Below are positions 18,965 to 28,648 of a stretch of 64,000 nucleotides of DNA, in pieces. The notes under the pieces are model-generated. The model saw only the letters and a list, made by a program, of their open reading frames with translations, made no database searches and was not told where the DNA came from. Each line of letters starts with the position of its first letter. Within the stretch, counting starts at the first letter, position 1. The translations under genes were made by a program, and so were the position numbers. The stretch covers positions 14,480 to 78,479 of the forward strand of contig JAYOEY010000011.1 of the NCBI GenBank assembly GCA_038116945.1, read 5' to 3'. Source of the stretch: Rhodospirillales bacterium (GTDB lineage: Bacteria > Pseudomonadota > Alphaproteobacteria > MPNO01 > UBA2964).

Positions 18965-19450
18965 ATGACGGATTTCAATTCGAGCGATCGACTGTCTCCA
19001 CCGCCGACCGGCACCGGCGCGATCTCGGCGCACATGACGCCGGACCGCCAGGCGAGCCATTTTCGCCGGGCTCGCCAGGCACGGGAGACCGAAATCATTG
19101 AGGATTACGTCGAACTGGTCGCCGACCTGATCGACGAGCAGGGCGAGGCACGGTCGGTCGACGTTGCAAAACGCCTCGGCGTGACCGGCGCGACGGTCAA
19201 CAAGATGGTCGCCCGGCTCAAGCAGATGGGGCTGGTGACGACCGAACCCTACCGCTCGATCTTTCTGACCGACGAAGGCCGTCAAATGGCCGAGGCCTCG
19301 CGGGCGCGCCATCATATCGTGGTGCAGTTCCTGTGCGCGGTCGGTGTCGACGAGGCCACCGCCTGGGCCGACGCGGAGGGCATGGAGCATCGCTGCAGCC
19401 CGGAAACGCTGGCCGCGTTCGAAAAATTCGTCAGGAAGAACGGCCGCTAG
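18965..19450 (+). CDS. mntR: Manganese-responsive transcriptional regulator MntR (DtxR family)
   Basis: EIIEDYVELVADLIDEQGEARSVDVAKRLGV...RHHIVVQFL...AEGMEHRCSPETLAAFEKFV closely matches E. coli MntR; start ambiguous within 18926-19030. Confidence 0.7.
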   Translation: MTDFNSSDRLSPPPTGTGAISAHMTPDRQASHFRRARQARETEIIEDYVELVADLIDEQGEARSVDVAKRLGVTGATVNKMVARLKQMGLVTTEPYRSIFLTDEGRQMAEASRARHHIVVQFLCAVGVDEATAWADAEGMEHRCSPETLAAFEKFVRKNGR

Positions 19451-19465
19451 GCCCGGGGGCAGGCG

Positions 19466-20029
19466 TCAGGGTTCGATATCGCCCGGCCGATGCTCCTTGC
19501 GGCCGTCGATCATCGATACGACCAGGTTTTCACGCTGACTCCATGATGTGAACGCGACGCCGGCGACATGGCCGGCGATCAGCAAAAGGAGCAGGTTTGC
19601 GAAGCCCTCGTGGATCGCCTCCATCCACTTCAGCCCCCAGAACGCATCGGTCGTATAGAGCCAGCCTGTGACGCCTGCCCCGGCGGCGGTGGCGATCAGG
19701 CAGGCGATCATCCATCCGCCGAGCGGGTTATGGCCGAGATAGCGAGGTTCGCTGTGGGTTGCCAGGGCAAGCGCGTAGCCCAGCGTCTCGTCGCGGGAAC
19801 GCATGAACCGGGAAAAGCGGGCGCTGCGCGGGCCGACGAAACCCCATGCCAGACGGACCGCCAGAACGGCGAGGGCGACATAGCCAGCACCGTCATGCAG
19901 GGAGGCGGGACCGTCCTCGGTCAGCCAGGCGACAGCGATCGCGGCGACCAGCGTCCAGTGCAGCACCCTGACAAGGATGTCCCAGACGCGGGTCTCAGGG
20001 AAAAATCTATCGCTTGCTGGTAAGGACAT
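19466..20029 (-). CDS. Cytochrome b561-family membrane protein
   Basis: 187 aa, 4 TM; conserved His in helices (VLHWTLV, IHEGFANLLLLLIAGHVAGV). Confidence 0.7.
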   Translation of the reverse strand: MSLPASDRFFPETRVWDILVRVLHWTLVAAIAVAWLTEDGPASLHDGAGYVALAVLAVRLAWGFVGPRSARFSRFMRSRDETLGYALALATHSEPRYLGHNPLGGWMIACLIATAAGAGVTGWLYTTDAFWGLKWMEAIHEGFANLLLLLIAGHVAGVAFTSWSQRENLVVSMIDGRKEHRPGDIEP

Positions 20030-20285
20030 GATCGAAGGTGACAGGGTGGAAATAGGATTCCACGAGTTCGCCCTTGTCGTTGATGGCGTACACTTCGTAG
20101 CACCCGCCGTCGATCTTGATCCGGCGGATTTTCCATCCCTTCGCGGAGAGCTGCGCTTTGAGGTCCTCCTGGGATTTCCAGCCGGACCGGTCTCCGGAAT
20201 CGCAGGTTGCCAGACCGGTGGCAGCAGCCGGAAGAGCGGCGCCGATCAGGACCGCGGAAACGAATGCATAAAGGGCCGATTTCAT
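20007..20285 (-). CDS. PepSY-domain periplasmic protein
   Basis: 92 aa; signal peptide then a PepSY-like GWKIRRIKIDGGCYEVYAINDKGELVESYFHPVT; 23-nt overlap with the downstream cytochrome b561 gene. Confidence 0.55.
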   Translation of the reverse strand: MKSALYAFVSAVLIGAALPAAATGLATCDSGDRSGWKSQEDLKAQLSAKGWKIRRIKIDGGCYEVYAINDKGELVESYFHPVTFDHVLTSKR

Positions 20286-20409
20286 GTTGGTGGCTCCGGA
20301 ATTCAGATGGTGGTGTACGGCACATGCCGTTACAGGCTTTCACGAACCGTGCGCCTAGATTCCGTTGCCGCTGCTTGTTGGATTTCGGGCGGACGGCTAG
20401 AATTGCATC

Positions 20410-21276
20410 ATGAAATACTGTCAGGGGCCGGATCCCGATACCAGGCAACCGAATTTTACCGCACCGGCGGGCGCCTGCGATGCGCACTGTCACGTTTTCG
20501 GGCCAGCCGCCGTATTTCCGTTCGCCGAAGGACGCTCCTACACGCCGCCGGATTCTCCTTTCGAGGCGTTTCAGGAGCTGCAGAGAACGCTCGGCCTCGA
20601 ACGTGCGGTGATCGTGCAGGCAACCTGTCACGGCACGGACAATACGGTGACGCTTGACGCTATCGCGCGCTCCGACGGGCGGTACAGGGGCGTGGCGCTG
20701 GTCGACGAGAGCTTCACGGACGATGACTACAAACGGCTGAACGACGGCGGGATTCGCGGGATACGCTTTTCCTTTGCCCGTCATATCGGCAATGCGCCGG
20801 ATTTTTCGAAGGTCCTGCCGCTGGTCGAGAAGGTCGCACCGATGGGCTGGCATGTGGTGCTGTATATGGAGGCGCCCGACATCGTCGAGAACGTAAAGGT
20901 GCTCGAGGATATGCCGGCGCCGGTCGTGATCGACCATATGGGGCGGGTAAAAACAAAAGACGGCGTCGGCCAGGAGGCTTTCCAGCTTCTTCTCGGGCTG
21001 CTGCGGGACAAGGACGATTTCTGGATCAAGATTTGCGGCGCGGAGCGGATTTCTTCCGGCGGCGCACCCTATGCCGATGCCGTGCCATTCGCGCAGGCCT
21101 GTATCGGAGCGGCGCCGGATCGTGTGCTGTGGGGAACCGACTGGCCCCACCCGAACATCGACGGCGTGATGCCGAACGATGGCGACCTGATGAACCTGCT
21201 GGCGCTGTACGCGCCGGACGAGGCCCAGCGAAACCGGATTCTGGTGGATAACCCCGCCCGCCTGTACGGGTTCTGA
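20410..21276 (+). CDS. Amidohydrolase-2 family hydrolase (LigI-like lactonase/decarboxylase fold)
   Basis: 288 aa; N-terminal CDAHCHVF metal motif and GTDWPHP near the C-terminus. Confidence 0.65.
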   Translation: MKYCQGPDPDTRQPNFTAPAGACDAHCHVFGPAAVFPFAEGRSYTPPDSPFEAFQELQRTLGLERAVIVQATCHGTDNTVTLDAIARSDGRYRGVALVDESFTDDDYKRLNDGGIRGIRFSFARHIGNAPDFSKVLPLVEKVAPMGWHVVLYMEAPDIVENVKVLEDMPAPVVIDHMGRVKTKDGVGQEAFQLLLGLLRDKDDFWIKICGAERISSGGAPYADAVPFAQACIGAAPDRVLWGTDWPHPNIDGVMPNDGDLMNLLALYAPDEAQRNRILVDNPARLYGF

Positions 21277-21397
21277 ATAAATCGCACTGATTCCGTGAAT
21301 CGGCACGCCGACGGGTTGTGGTTCGATCCGATCCATCACCCAATATGTTGGGGATGAAAAAAATTCTCAGGATGCGAGCCGGTCGCCCGCCTGTGAG

Positions 21398-21417
21398 TTA
21401 TCCACAGCTTATCCACA
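21398..21417 (+). promoter_or_regulatory. Two tandem perfect DnaA boxes upstream of nrdAB
   Basis: TTATCCACA-gc-TTATCCACA, each a 9/9 match to the DnaA box consensus. Confidence 0.5.
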
Positions 21418-21492
21418 GGATTTCCGCCATTTTTCCGACTCCGATCAGGGGGTTGTACAGGCCTTTCCCCAGCCTCCTGTGCACAAAATCTT

Positions 21493-21530
21493 GTATATAT
21501 ATGTCCCCAGTACACCAATTGTTGTTGACG
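21493..21530 (+). promoter_or_regulatory. AT-rich near-palindromes, candidate NrdR boxes / promoter of nrdAB
   Basis: cTTGTATATATATGTcc and ACACCAATTGTTGT, about 160-200 bp upstream of the nrdA start. Confidence 0.3.
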
Positions 21531-21694
21531 ATCCGTTAATCCTTCGCCAAACTTCCCGTGTTCCGTCAGGCGAGAGTCAGGAAGGTCTTTTCAGCATCTG
21601 CCCCGTGTGACCCGATCGGGTCGGCAGATGACGGCTCTCCGACTCCGAATCGGTCAAAAATCGCCGGCGGGTTCGGGGTTCGTACAGTAAGCGT

Positions 21695-23614
21695 ATGGGA
21701 GGTTTTGGGGTGTTAGATAACGTAAGTACCGACGAAATTGCGGAAATCTATCAGAACGAGCGCGGCATTCGCATTACCATTGATCGGAGCCGGGATGCGA
21801 AGCTCACCGAATTCGGCAAGGAGACCCTGTCCGACCGGTATCTGATGCCGGACGAGAGCTTTCAGGATCTGTTCGCCCGCGTGACCGCCCATTATGCCGA
21901 CGATTCCAGGCACGCCCAGCGGCTTTACGACTATGCCAGCAATCTCTGGTTCATGCCGGCGACACCCGTTCTGTCAAACGGGGGCACCAGGCGCGGCCTG
22001 CCGATTTCCTGCTTCCTGAACGAAGCGACGGATTCTCTTGAGGGCATCGTCGGGCTGTGGAACGAAAACGTCTGGCTGGCGGCCAAGGGCGGCGGTATCG
22101 GCAGCTACTGGGGCAATCTGCGCTCGATCGGCGAGAAAGTCGGCGCCAACGGCAAGACCTCCGGCATTATCCCCTTCATCCGCGTCATGGATTCCCTGAC
22201 GCTGGCAATCAGCCAGGGCAGCCTGCGCCGCGGGTCGGCGGCAATCTATCTGCCGATCGACCATCCGGAGATCGAGGAATTCATCGAGCTGCGCCGCCCG
22301 ACCGGCGGCGATCCGAACCGCAAGGCGCTCAACCTGCATCACGGCATCCTGCTGACCGACGAGTTCATGCGTCTGGTCGAATCGAACGGCGAACTGCCGC
22401 TCAGGAGCCCCAAGGACCGTCATGTGGTGCGCACGGTGTCCGCCCGCGCGCTGTGGGTCCGGCTTCTGACCTGCCGGGTCGAAACGGGCGAGCCCTATTT
22501 CATCTATATCGACCACGTCAACAAGGCGATCCCCGAGCATCACAAGCTGGCCGGTCTTGACGTCAAGATGTCGAACCTGTGCAGCGAGATCACGCTGCCG
22601 ACCGGGGTCGACAAGGACGGCAACCAGCGGACCGCGGTGTGCTGCCTGTCGTCGCTCAATCTCGAGACCTGGGACGAATGGAACGAGGATCCGCGCTTTA
22701 TCCCGGACGTGATGCGGTTCCTCGACAACGTGCTACAGGACTTCATCGACAATGCGCCGGACGAAATGGCGCGCGCCCGCTATTCGGCGGCCCGCGAACG
22801 TTCCGTCGGGCTCGGCGTCATGGGCATGCATTCCTTCTTCCAGTCCAAGATGATCCCCATCGAGTCGGTGATGGCGAAGGTCTGGAACAAGAAGGTTTTC
22901 AAACATATCCGCGAACAGGCCGATGCCGCGTCGCGCGACCTCGCGGAGGAGCGCGGGGCGTGTCCGGACGCCGCCGATTTCGGGATCATGGAGCGGTTCT
23001 CGAACAAGATGGCGATCGCGCCGACCGCCTCGATTTCGATCATCTGCGGCGGGTCGTCGCCCGGGATCGAGCCGAACGCGGCGAATTCCTTTACTCACAA
23101 GACCCTGTCCGGCTCGTTCAGCGTCAAGAACAAGTATCTGAAGATGCTGCTGGCCGAGAGGGGCAGGGACGATGACGATACATGGTCGTCGATCACCACC
23201 CACGAAGGGTCGGTTCAGCATCTCGATTTCCTGACCGACGACGAAAAGGACGTGTTCAAGACGGCGTTCGAACTCGACCAGCGCTGGATCGTCGAGCTTG
23301 CCGGCGACCGGGCGGAATATATCTGCCAGTCGCAGTCGATCAACGTCTTCCTGCCGGCCGACGTTCACAAGAAGACGCTGCACGACATCCACTGGACGGC
23401 ATGGAAGAAGGGCGTGAAGACGCTTTATTACTGCCGCTCCAAGTCGATCCAGCGGGCCGAGGCGGTGTCGCACAAGCAGGAAGTCTCGACCATGGATGCG
23501 GGCGGCGCGCTCCCGATCCCGTCTCCCGACGGGATACAGATCCCGCTGGCCGCCGCGCCGGCGGCAACGTCGGAGAACGATAACGATTACGAGGAATGCC
23601 TCGCCTGTCAGTAG
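21695..23614 (+). CDS. nrdA: Class I ribonucleoside-diphosphate reductase alpha subunit (no ATP-cone evident)
   Basis: 639 aa; catalytic NLCSEI, active-site cysteines, C-terminal TLYYCRS tail. Confidence 0.75.
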   Translation: MGGFGVLDNVSTDEIAEIYQNERGIRITIDRSRDAKLTEFGKETLSDRYLMPDESFQDLFARVTAHYADDSRHAQRLYDYASNLWFMPATPVLSNGGTRRGLPISCFLNEATDSLEGIVGLWNENVWLAAKGGGIGSYWGNLRSIGEKVGANGKTSGIIPFIRVMDSLTLAISQGSLRRGSAAIYLPIDHPEIEEFIELRRPTGGDPNRKALNLHHGILLTDEFMRLVESNGELPLRSPKDRHVVRTVSARALWVRLLTCRVETGEPYFIYIDHVNKAIPEHHKLAGLDVKMSNLCSEITLPTGVDKDGNQRTAVCCLSSLNLETWDEWNEDPRFIPDVMRFLDNVLQDFIDNAPDEMARARYSAARERSVGLGVMGMHSFFQSKMIPIESVMAKVWNKKVFKHIREQADAASRDLAEERGACPDAADFGIMERFSNKMAIAPTASISIICGGSSPGIEPNAANSFTHKTLSGSFSVKNKYLKMLLAERGRDDDDTWSSITTHEGSVQHLDFLTDDEKDVFKTAFELDQRWIVELAGDRAEYICQSQSINVFLPADVHKKTLHDIHWTAWKKGVKTLYYCRSKSIQRAEAVSHKQEVSTMDAGGALPIPSPDGIQIPLAAAPAATSENDNDYEECLACQ

Positions 23615-23712
23615 GGCGGTAACGGGAACGTTCCCGATTGAGCATTTCCCATGCGACGTACCGGGGCCATGGCGGCCCCGGTCTCGTCGGCGGATGCAAG
23701 AAGGAAGAAGAT

Positions 23713-24675
23713 ATGTCGCTGCTGGAAGAAAAGATCGTCTACAAGCCGTTTCGCTATCCGTGGTGCTACGATGCGTGGCTGACCCAGCAGCGGGTTCACT
23801 GGATCCCGGAGGAAGTGCCGCTCGCCGATGACGTGAAGGACTGGCACAACAAGCTGACTCCTGCGGAACGCCATACGCTGACGCAGATTTTCCGCTTCTT
23901 TACCCAGGCCGATATCGAGGTCAATAACTGCTACATGAAGCATTACACCCAGGTCTTTAAACCGACCGAGGTGCAGATGATGCTGGCGGCGTTCTCGAAC
24001 ATCGAGACCGTGCATATCGCAGCCTATTCCTATCTTCTGGATACGATCGGTATGCCGGAGACGGAATATCAGGCCTTCCTCCACTACAAGGAGATGAAGG
24101 ACAAGTACGACTACATGCAGGGCTTCAACTGCGACAGCAAGGTCGATATCGCCAAGACGCTGGCGGTTTTCGCCGGATTCACCGAGGGGCTCCAGCTGTT
24201 CGCGTCGTTCGCAATCCTCCTCAACTTCCCGCGCTTCAACAAGATGAAGGGGATGGGCCAGATCGTCTCATGGTCGGTACGCGACGAAAGCCTGCACACT
24301 GAATCGATGATCAAGCTGTTCCGCACCTTCGTGTCGGAAAATCCGGAAATCTGGAACCAGGACCTGCAGCGCGAGATCTATCTCGCCTGCAATACGGTGG
24401 TGGAGCATGAGGATGCGTTTATCAATCTCGCCTTCGAACTCGGCGGGGTCGAGGGGCTGACGGCTGCGGAGGTGAAGCAGTATATCCGCTACATCGCCGA
24501 CCGCCGGCTGTCGCAGCTCGGGCTGCAGCCGATCTTCCGGATCGAAAAGAATCCCCTGCCGTGGCTCGACGAAATCCTCAATGGCGTGGAGCACGCGAAT
24601 TTCTTCGAAAACCGGGCGACCGAATATTCCAAGGCCGCGACGCAGGGAAGCTGGGACGACGTCTGGAACGACTGA
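23713..24675 (+). CDS. nrdB: Class I ribonucleotide reductase beta (R2) subunit
   Basis: 320 aa from ATG 23713 (RBS AAGGAAG); ferritin-like di-iron ligands (ETVHIAAYSYLL, VRDESLH); NPLPWLDEIL C-terminal region. Confidence 0.75.
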   Translation: MSLLEEKIVYKPFRYPWCYDAWLTQQRVHWIPEEVPLADDVKDWHNKLTPAERHTLTQIFRFFTQADIEVNNCYMKHYTQVFKPTEVQMMLAAFSNIETVHIAAYSYLLDTIGMPETEYQAFLHYKEMKDKYDYMQGFNCDSKVDIAKTLAVFAGFTEGLQLFASFAILLNFPRFNKMKGMGQIVSWSVRDESLHTESMIKLFRTFVSENPEIWNQDLQREIYLACNTVVEHEDAFINLAFELGGVEGLTAAEVKQYIRYIADRRLSQLGLQPIFRIEKNPLPWLDEILNGVEHANFFENRATEYSKAATQGSWDDVWND

Positions 24676-24696
24676 TCCGGCCTGTTTTCAAACCGG

Positions 24697-24733
24697 AAAA
24701 GCCGCTATCCGATCCAGGACGGCGGCTTTTTTG
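24697..24733 (+). terminator. Rho-independent terminator after nrdB
   Basis: AAAAGCCGC-loop-GCGGCTTTTTT. Confidence 0.6.
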
Positions 24734-24859
24734 GGCGCTGGTCTTAACGACTCGCTAGCGACCTTTCCCTATCCTGCCTTCAGTTCGCCATTTTTTCTCG
24801 ACAGCGGCAGGGCCTTCGTGCATCTTCGGCGCATCGAGGATGGGGGGAAACCTTCTCGT

Positions 24860-25384
24860 ATGGACCATAATCGTGCACCAAAAGCCGCCCGGAAAGCGGC
24901 GAAGGCGGGCCGTTTCGGCGTGGTGCTGGCGCTGACGGCAATCCTGTCGGCACCCGCGCAGGCGCTGACCTGTCCGGCGGCCGACGAGCAGAGTTCCCTG
25001 ACCGTCCGCGTGCTTCAGGCGAAGCTTATGGTGGCCGCCCTGACCTGCCCGGCGCAATCCGACTACAACGCCTTCGTGCGCCGTTATACGCCGTACCTCG
25101 CCGATCATGCGGTTTCGCTCAAGCGCTGGTTTCGCAAGCTGCATGGCGGGCGACAGACGCAGGAAATTGACCGGTTCGTCACGACGCTTGCCAACGATGC
25201 GTCGATGAAAAGCACCCAGAACCGTGCGAAGTTCTGCGCGGCAAGCCGGTCGGCATTCACGGTGCTGCTGGGCGCGCCCAAGGCCGAGGCGCGCCAGATC
25301 CTGCAAAGCGTTGCGCTCGAACTCAACTGGCGCCGGGACATTCCGTCCGGCTGCGAGGCGCTGACCCAGAACGTCCGGAAGTAA
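24860..25384 (+). CDS. Hypothetical secreted protein (signal peptide, 4 Cys)
   Basis: 174 aa from ATG 24860; FGVVLALTAILSAPAQA signal; no recognisable domain. Confidence 0.4.
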   Translation: MDHNRAPKAARKAAKAGRFGVVLALTAILSAPAQALTCPAADEQSSLTVRVLQAKLMVAALTCPAQSDYNAFVRRYTPYLADHAVSLKRWFRKLHGGRQTQEIDRFVTTLANDASMKSTQNRAKFCAASRSAFTVLLGAPKAEARQILQSVALELNWRRDIPSGCEALTQNVRK

Positions 25385-25431
25385 GCCGGTCTCCCTCCGG
25401 CTCCCCGAACTCTAGGCCCGAAGCCCGAAAC

Positions 25432-26529
25432 CTATTCAAGGACGATCTGGACCCGGCGGTTCTGCGGCTCGCGTACGCCGTCCGCGGTCGGGACCAGCGG
25501 TTCGGTCTCGCCCTTTGCGAAAACGGCGATGTCGTCGGCGGGTACGCCCAGCCTGATCAGGCTGGCCCTGACCGCGACGGCGCGTCGCTGCGACAGGCGC
25601 TGGTTATATCCTTGCCGTCCGGCGCGGTCGGCGTGTCCCGTGACGCGCAGCCTGACCGGCGCAACCGATTTCGCCGCCTTGGCCGCGCTTTCGATGATCG
25701 CCTGGGCGTCCGTGGTGATGCTTGCCCGGTCGAAATCGAAGAACACGAGATAATTCCGGACGACTGGCGGGGGCGCGGGTTTCGGCGGCGGCGGAGCCGG
25801 TTCGGGTTCTGGCGCCGCCGCGACCGGAGCGGGCGTCGGGGCGGGCATCGGGGCCGGCTCGGCGGCCGCCATCTTTCTGGCCGGAGCGCCGAAGCTGTAC
25901 CGCAATCCGACCATGAGATCGTGGCTGGCGTAATCCGAATCGAACCTGGTTCCGGCGCTGCTGGTGAAGTCCGCGTCGGGCACCGCAAAATAACGGTAGC
26001 CCACCGTCAGCTTGACCTGGTCGTTCAGGTTGTATGCAACCCCGGCCATGGCCTGCCAGGCGAACGCCGTATCGGTGTCGTTGATGGTAACGCCGGCCGA
26101 GGGCACGGCGCCGTCCGCGTCGAGGCGCGCGATGCCGAGCCCAACCCCGAAATAGGGTTTCAGCGGAGTGTCGATCCTGAGGTCGTAGAGCGCATTGCCC
26201 ATGACGCTCCACGCTGAAACGTCTCCGGTGCCCGTGCCGCCGCCCGAAACCGAATCGACGTCGCTCCGGCGATATCCCACCTCGAGCTCAGCCCGCAGGC
26301 CGTTCGGGTAGGCATTTCCGAAGGCAAGGCTGCCGGCAACGCCGTTATCGAACTCGATTTTCTGGCTCGTGGTGGCGGTGTCGAGGTCGGCATCGGCGGG
26401 GATCGAAAAACCCGCCCGGCCTTCGAGATAGAGGCCGCTGTCGGCGGCCATCACCGGCGACGCGACCGAAAGGAATGCTGCGCTGCAGACCGCGGCGGCG
26501 ATCCTGGAACCTGTCGAAAGATGTGTCAT
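25432..26529 (-). CDS. OmpA-family outer-membrane protein (beta-barrel + Pro-rich linker + OmpA C-terminal domain)
   Basis: Signal peptide MTHLSTGSRIAAAVCSAAFLSVASPVMA; linker APTPAPVAAAPEPEPAPPPPKPAPPP; C-terminal OmpA-like motif (LSQRRAVAV). Confidence 0.75.
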   Translation of the reverse strand: MTHLSTGSRIAAAVCSAAFLSVASPVMAADSGLYLEGRAGFSIPADADLDTATTSQKIEFDNGVAGSLAFGNAYPNGLRAELEVGYRRSDVDSVSGGGTGTGDVSAWSVMGNALYDLRIDTPLKPYFGVGLGIARLDADGAVPSAGVTINDTDTAFAWQAMAGVAYNLNDQVKLTVGYRYFAVPDADFTSSAGTRFDSDYASHDLMVGLRYSFGAPARKMAAAEPAPMPAPTPAPVAAAPEPEPAPPPPKPAPPPVVRNYLVFFDFDRASITTDAQAIIESAAKAAKSVAPVRLRVTGHADRAGRQGYNQRLSQRRAVAVRASLIRLGVPADDIAVFAKGETEPLVPTADGVREPQNRRVQIVLE

Positions 26530-26695
26530 GAAACTCCCCATATCCGGGATGGCTTCCGTGTCCCGGTCAAGAATCACAGCTGATTCTGTCCATCCAAAAA
26601 CCGATTTCAATCGTTATTTCGGTCTTTTTTATGGCGCTGCATGACCGGGGCGAATCGAATGGTATGATGCGGTTCCAAAAACAGGAGGAACCCCC

Positions 26696-27088
26696 ATGAC
26701 CAACCGTTTTCTGAATCCCGACAATGTGCGCGCCCCGGGCGGCAGCTATACCCATTCCGTGGAGGTCGAGGCGGGGTCCCGCATGCTTTACGTGGCGGGA
26801 CAGACCGGCGTCGACAAGGATGGAAATATCCCGGAGGGCATCGAGGCCCAGGCCGAAATCGCCTTCGCCAGCATGGTGAAAATCCTCGAAGCCTCCGGTT
26901 TCGGGCTTGAGGATGTCGTGTTCATGAAGAGCTTTCTGACCCGGCGCGAGGATCGCGAGGGCTATCAGAAGGTTCGCACGAGGGTGTGGGGAAACAACAA
27001 GCCGGCATCGACCTTTTTGCTGGTCTCAGGTCTGGCGCAGCCCGAATTTCTGGTAGAGGTCGAGGCGATCGCCGCGAAGAAGGGCTGA
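26696..27088 (+). CDS. RidA/YjgF-family enamine/imine deaminase-like protein
   Basis: 130 aa; YjgF-like fold. Confidence 0.6.
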   Translation: MTNRFLNPDNVRAPGGSYTHSVEVEAGSRMLYVAGQTGVDKDGNIPEGIEAQAEIAFASMVKILEASGFGLEDVVFMKSFLTRREDREGYQKVRTRVWGNNKPASTFLLVSGLAQPEFLVEVEAIAAKKG

Positions 27089-27099
27089 GCCGTCCCTTC

Positions 27100-28050
27100 A
27101 TGGAAGACGACATGAATTCGGTGCCGGCGGCGCGGATGGCGCAGACGCCCGCGGGCGATCAGATCTTTCTCGACCATGTCGGCTGGTTCGTGCCGGACAT
27201 GGACGCGCACGCGCAGGCGTTCGAACGGCTGGGATTCGTTCTGACCCGGTTCGTCGCCCAGACGAACGCCGACCCCAAGGGCGGGCCGCCGGTGCCGGCC
27301 GGGACCGGAAACCGGTGCGCCATGCTGAAACGCGGCTATCTCGAATTCCTTTCCGCGGTGCCGGGTACCGACACGCCGCTGTCGCGCCAGCTCAACGACG
27401 CGCTTGCGCGCTATCGCGGCGTCCATCTGATCGCCTTTACGGTCGACGATCCGCTGGGGGCTCATGCGCGGCTGGCGAAGGAAGGGTTCGAGCCGCTGGA
27501 TCCGGTGCATCTGCGCCGGCCCCTGACGCTTGCCGGCGGAGGCGAGGCCGAGGTCGCGTTTACCGTGATCCGCGTACCGCCGGGCGCGATGGAGGAGGGG
27601 CGCATCCAGATGCTGCGCCAGGAAACGCCCGATCTGGTGTGGCAGGAAAACCTGATCGCACGCGACAACGGCGTGTCTGCGCTGGCCGGTGTCCTGATCT
27701 GTGTCGAGGACCCCGTGGCGGTAGCGGATCGATACGAGCGGTTTACGGGCAGACAGTCGACCGGCGATGCCGACTATCGGGTCATCGCACTCGACCGGGG
27801 GCGGATCGGATTTGTCTCGCGGAAGGCGCTTGCAGACGTTTTGCCCGGCGTGTCTGTGCCCGACATGCCATTCGTCGCCGCGGTCGCGCTTGAGGCGGAG
27901 GATCCTGCCGTTATCCGAACGCTGTGCGGCGAGAACGGGATCGCGCTGTTGCCGGGCGACGATGGTACCGTCCGGATATCGCCCGACTCCGCCGGCGGTG
28001 CGGCGCTGGTGATCTGCGGCGAAGACGCCGTCTGGCCGCCGGCGCCCTGA
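27100..28050 (+). CDS. VOC (glyoxalase/bleomycin-resistance/dioxygenase) superfamily protein, two-domain
   Basis: 316 aa from ATG 27100; VOC-like segments HVGWFVPDMDAH and GVHLIAFTVDD. Confidence 0.45.
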   Translation: MEDDMNSVPAARMAQTPAGDQIFLDHVGWFVPDMDAHAQAFERLGFVLTRFVAQTNADPKGGPPVPAGTGNRCAMLKRGYLEFLSAVPGTDTPLSRQLNDALARYRGVHLIAFTVDDPLGAHARLAKEGFEPLDPVHLRRPLTLAGGGEAEVAFTVIRVPPGAMEEGRIQMLRQETPDLVWQENLIARDNGVSALAGVLICVEDPVAVADRYERFTGRQSTGDADYRVIALDRGRIGFVSRKALADVLPGVSVPDMPFVAAVALEAEDPAVIRTLCGENGIALLPGDDGTVRISPDSAGGAALVICGEDAVWPPAP

Positions 28051-28060
28051 AAGGGAAAAC

Positions 28061-28648
28061 ATGCCGCCGGGCAACGAGTCGGACTTCTGGGTATTCGGAT
28101 ACGGATCGCTGATATGGCGGCCCGACATACCCTATGCGGAAAGCCATCCGGCGACGATCGATGGCTGGCGACGACGGTTCTGGCAAGGATCGACCGATCA
28201 CCGGGGCATTCCGGGCAATCCCGGCCGCGTCGTCACGCTGGTGCCGGAGGAAGGCGCAATCTGCTGGGGCATGGCGTACCGGGTCGATGCCGCCCAACGC
28301 GATGCCGTCTTTACCTATCTCGATTACCGGGAAAAAGGCGGCTATGCGCTCGAAACCGTATCCCTGTCGCTGCGTTCCCGGCAGGAGCAGGCGCCCGGCC
28401 ATGTCTATATCGCAACGCCGGACAATCCGAACTATCTCGGTCCCGCGGAGGAGCGCGAGATCGCCGAGACGGCATTCCGGTCGGTCGGTCCGAGCGGCCC
28501 GAACGACGAATATGTGCTGCGGCTGGCTGAATCGCTGAGAAACATGAATGCGGAAGATGACCATGTGTTCGCCATCGAGAAGCATTTACTTCTGCTCAAA
28601 CAGGCTGAACAGGGCGCACAACAAAAATTTTTTCCTAATCAGATTTGA
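28061..28648 (+). CDS. ChaC-like gamma-glutamylcyclotransferase
   Basis: 195 aa; FWVFGYGSLIWRP N-terminal motif and catalytic Glu region. Confidence 0.65.
   Translation: MPPGNESDFWVFGYGSLIWRPDIPYAESHPATIDGWRRRFWQGSTDHRGIPGNPGRVVTLVPEEGAICWGMAYRVDAAQRDAVFTYLDYREKGGYALETVSLSLRSRQEQAPGHVYIATPDNPNYLGPAEEREIAETAFRSVGPSGPNDEYVLRLAESLRNMNAEDDHVFAIEKHLLLLKQAEQGAQQKFFPNQI

Noticed and set aside
21277-21694. Possible cobalamin riboswitch or coding ORF (21318-21539) in the nrdA leader
   Set aside because: No B12-box-like element or conserved riboswitch helices were seen. The 73-aa ORF has no RBS or motifs and overlaps the DnaA/NrdR-like sites.
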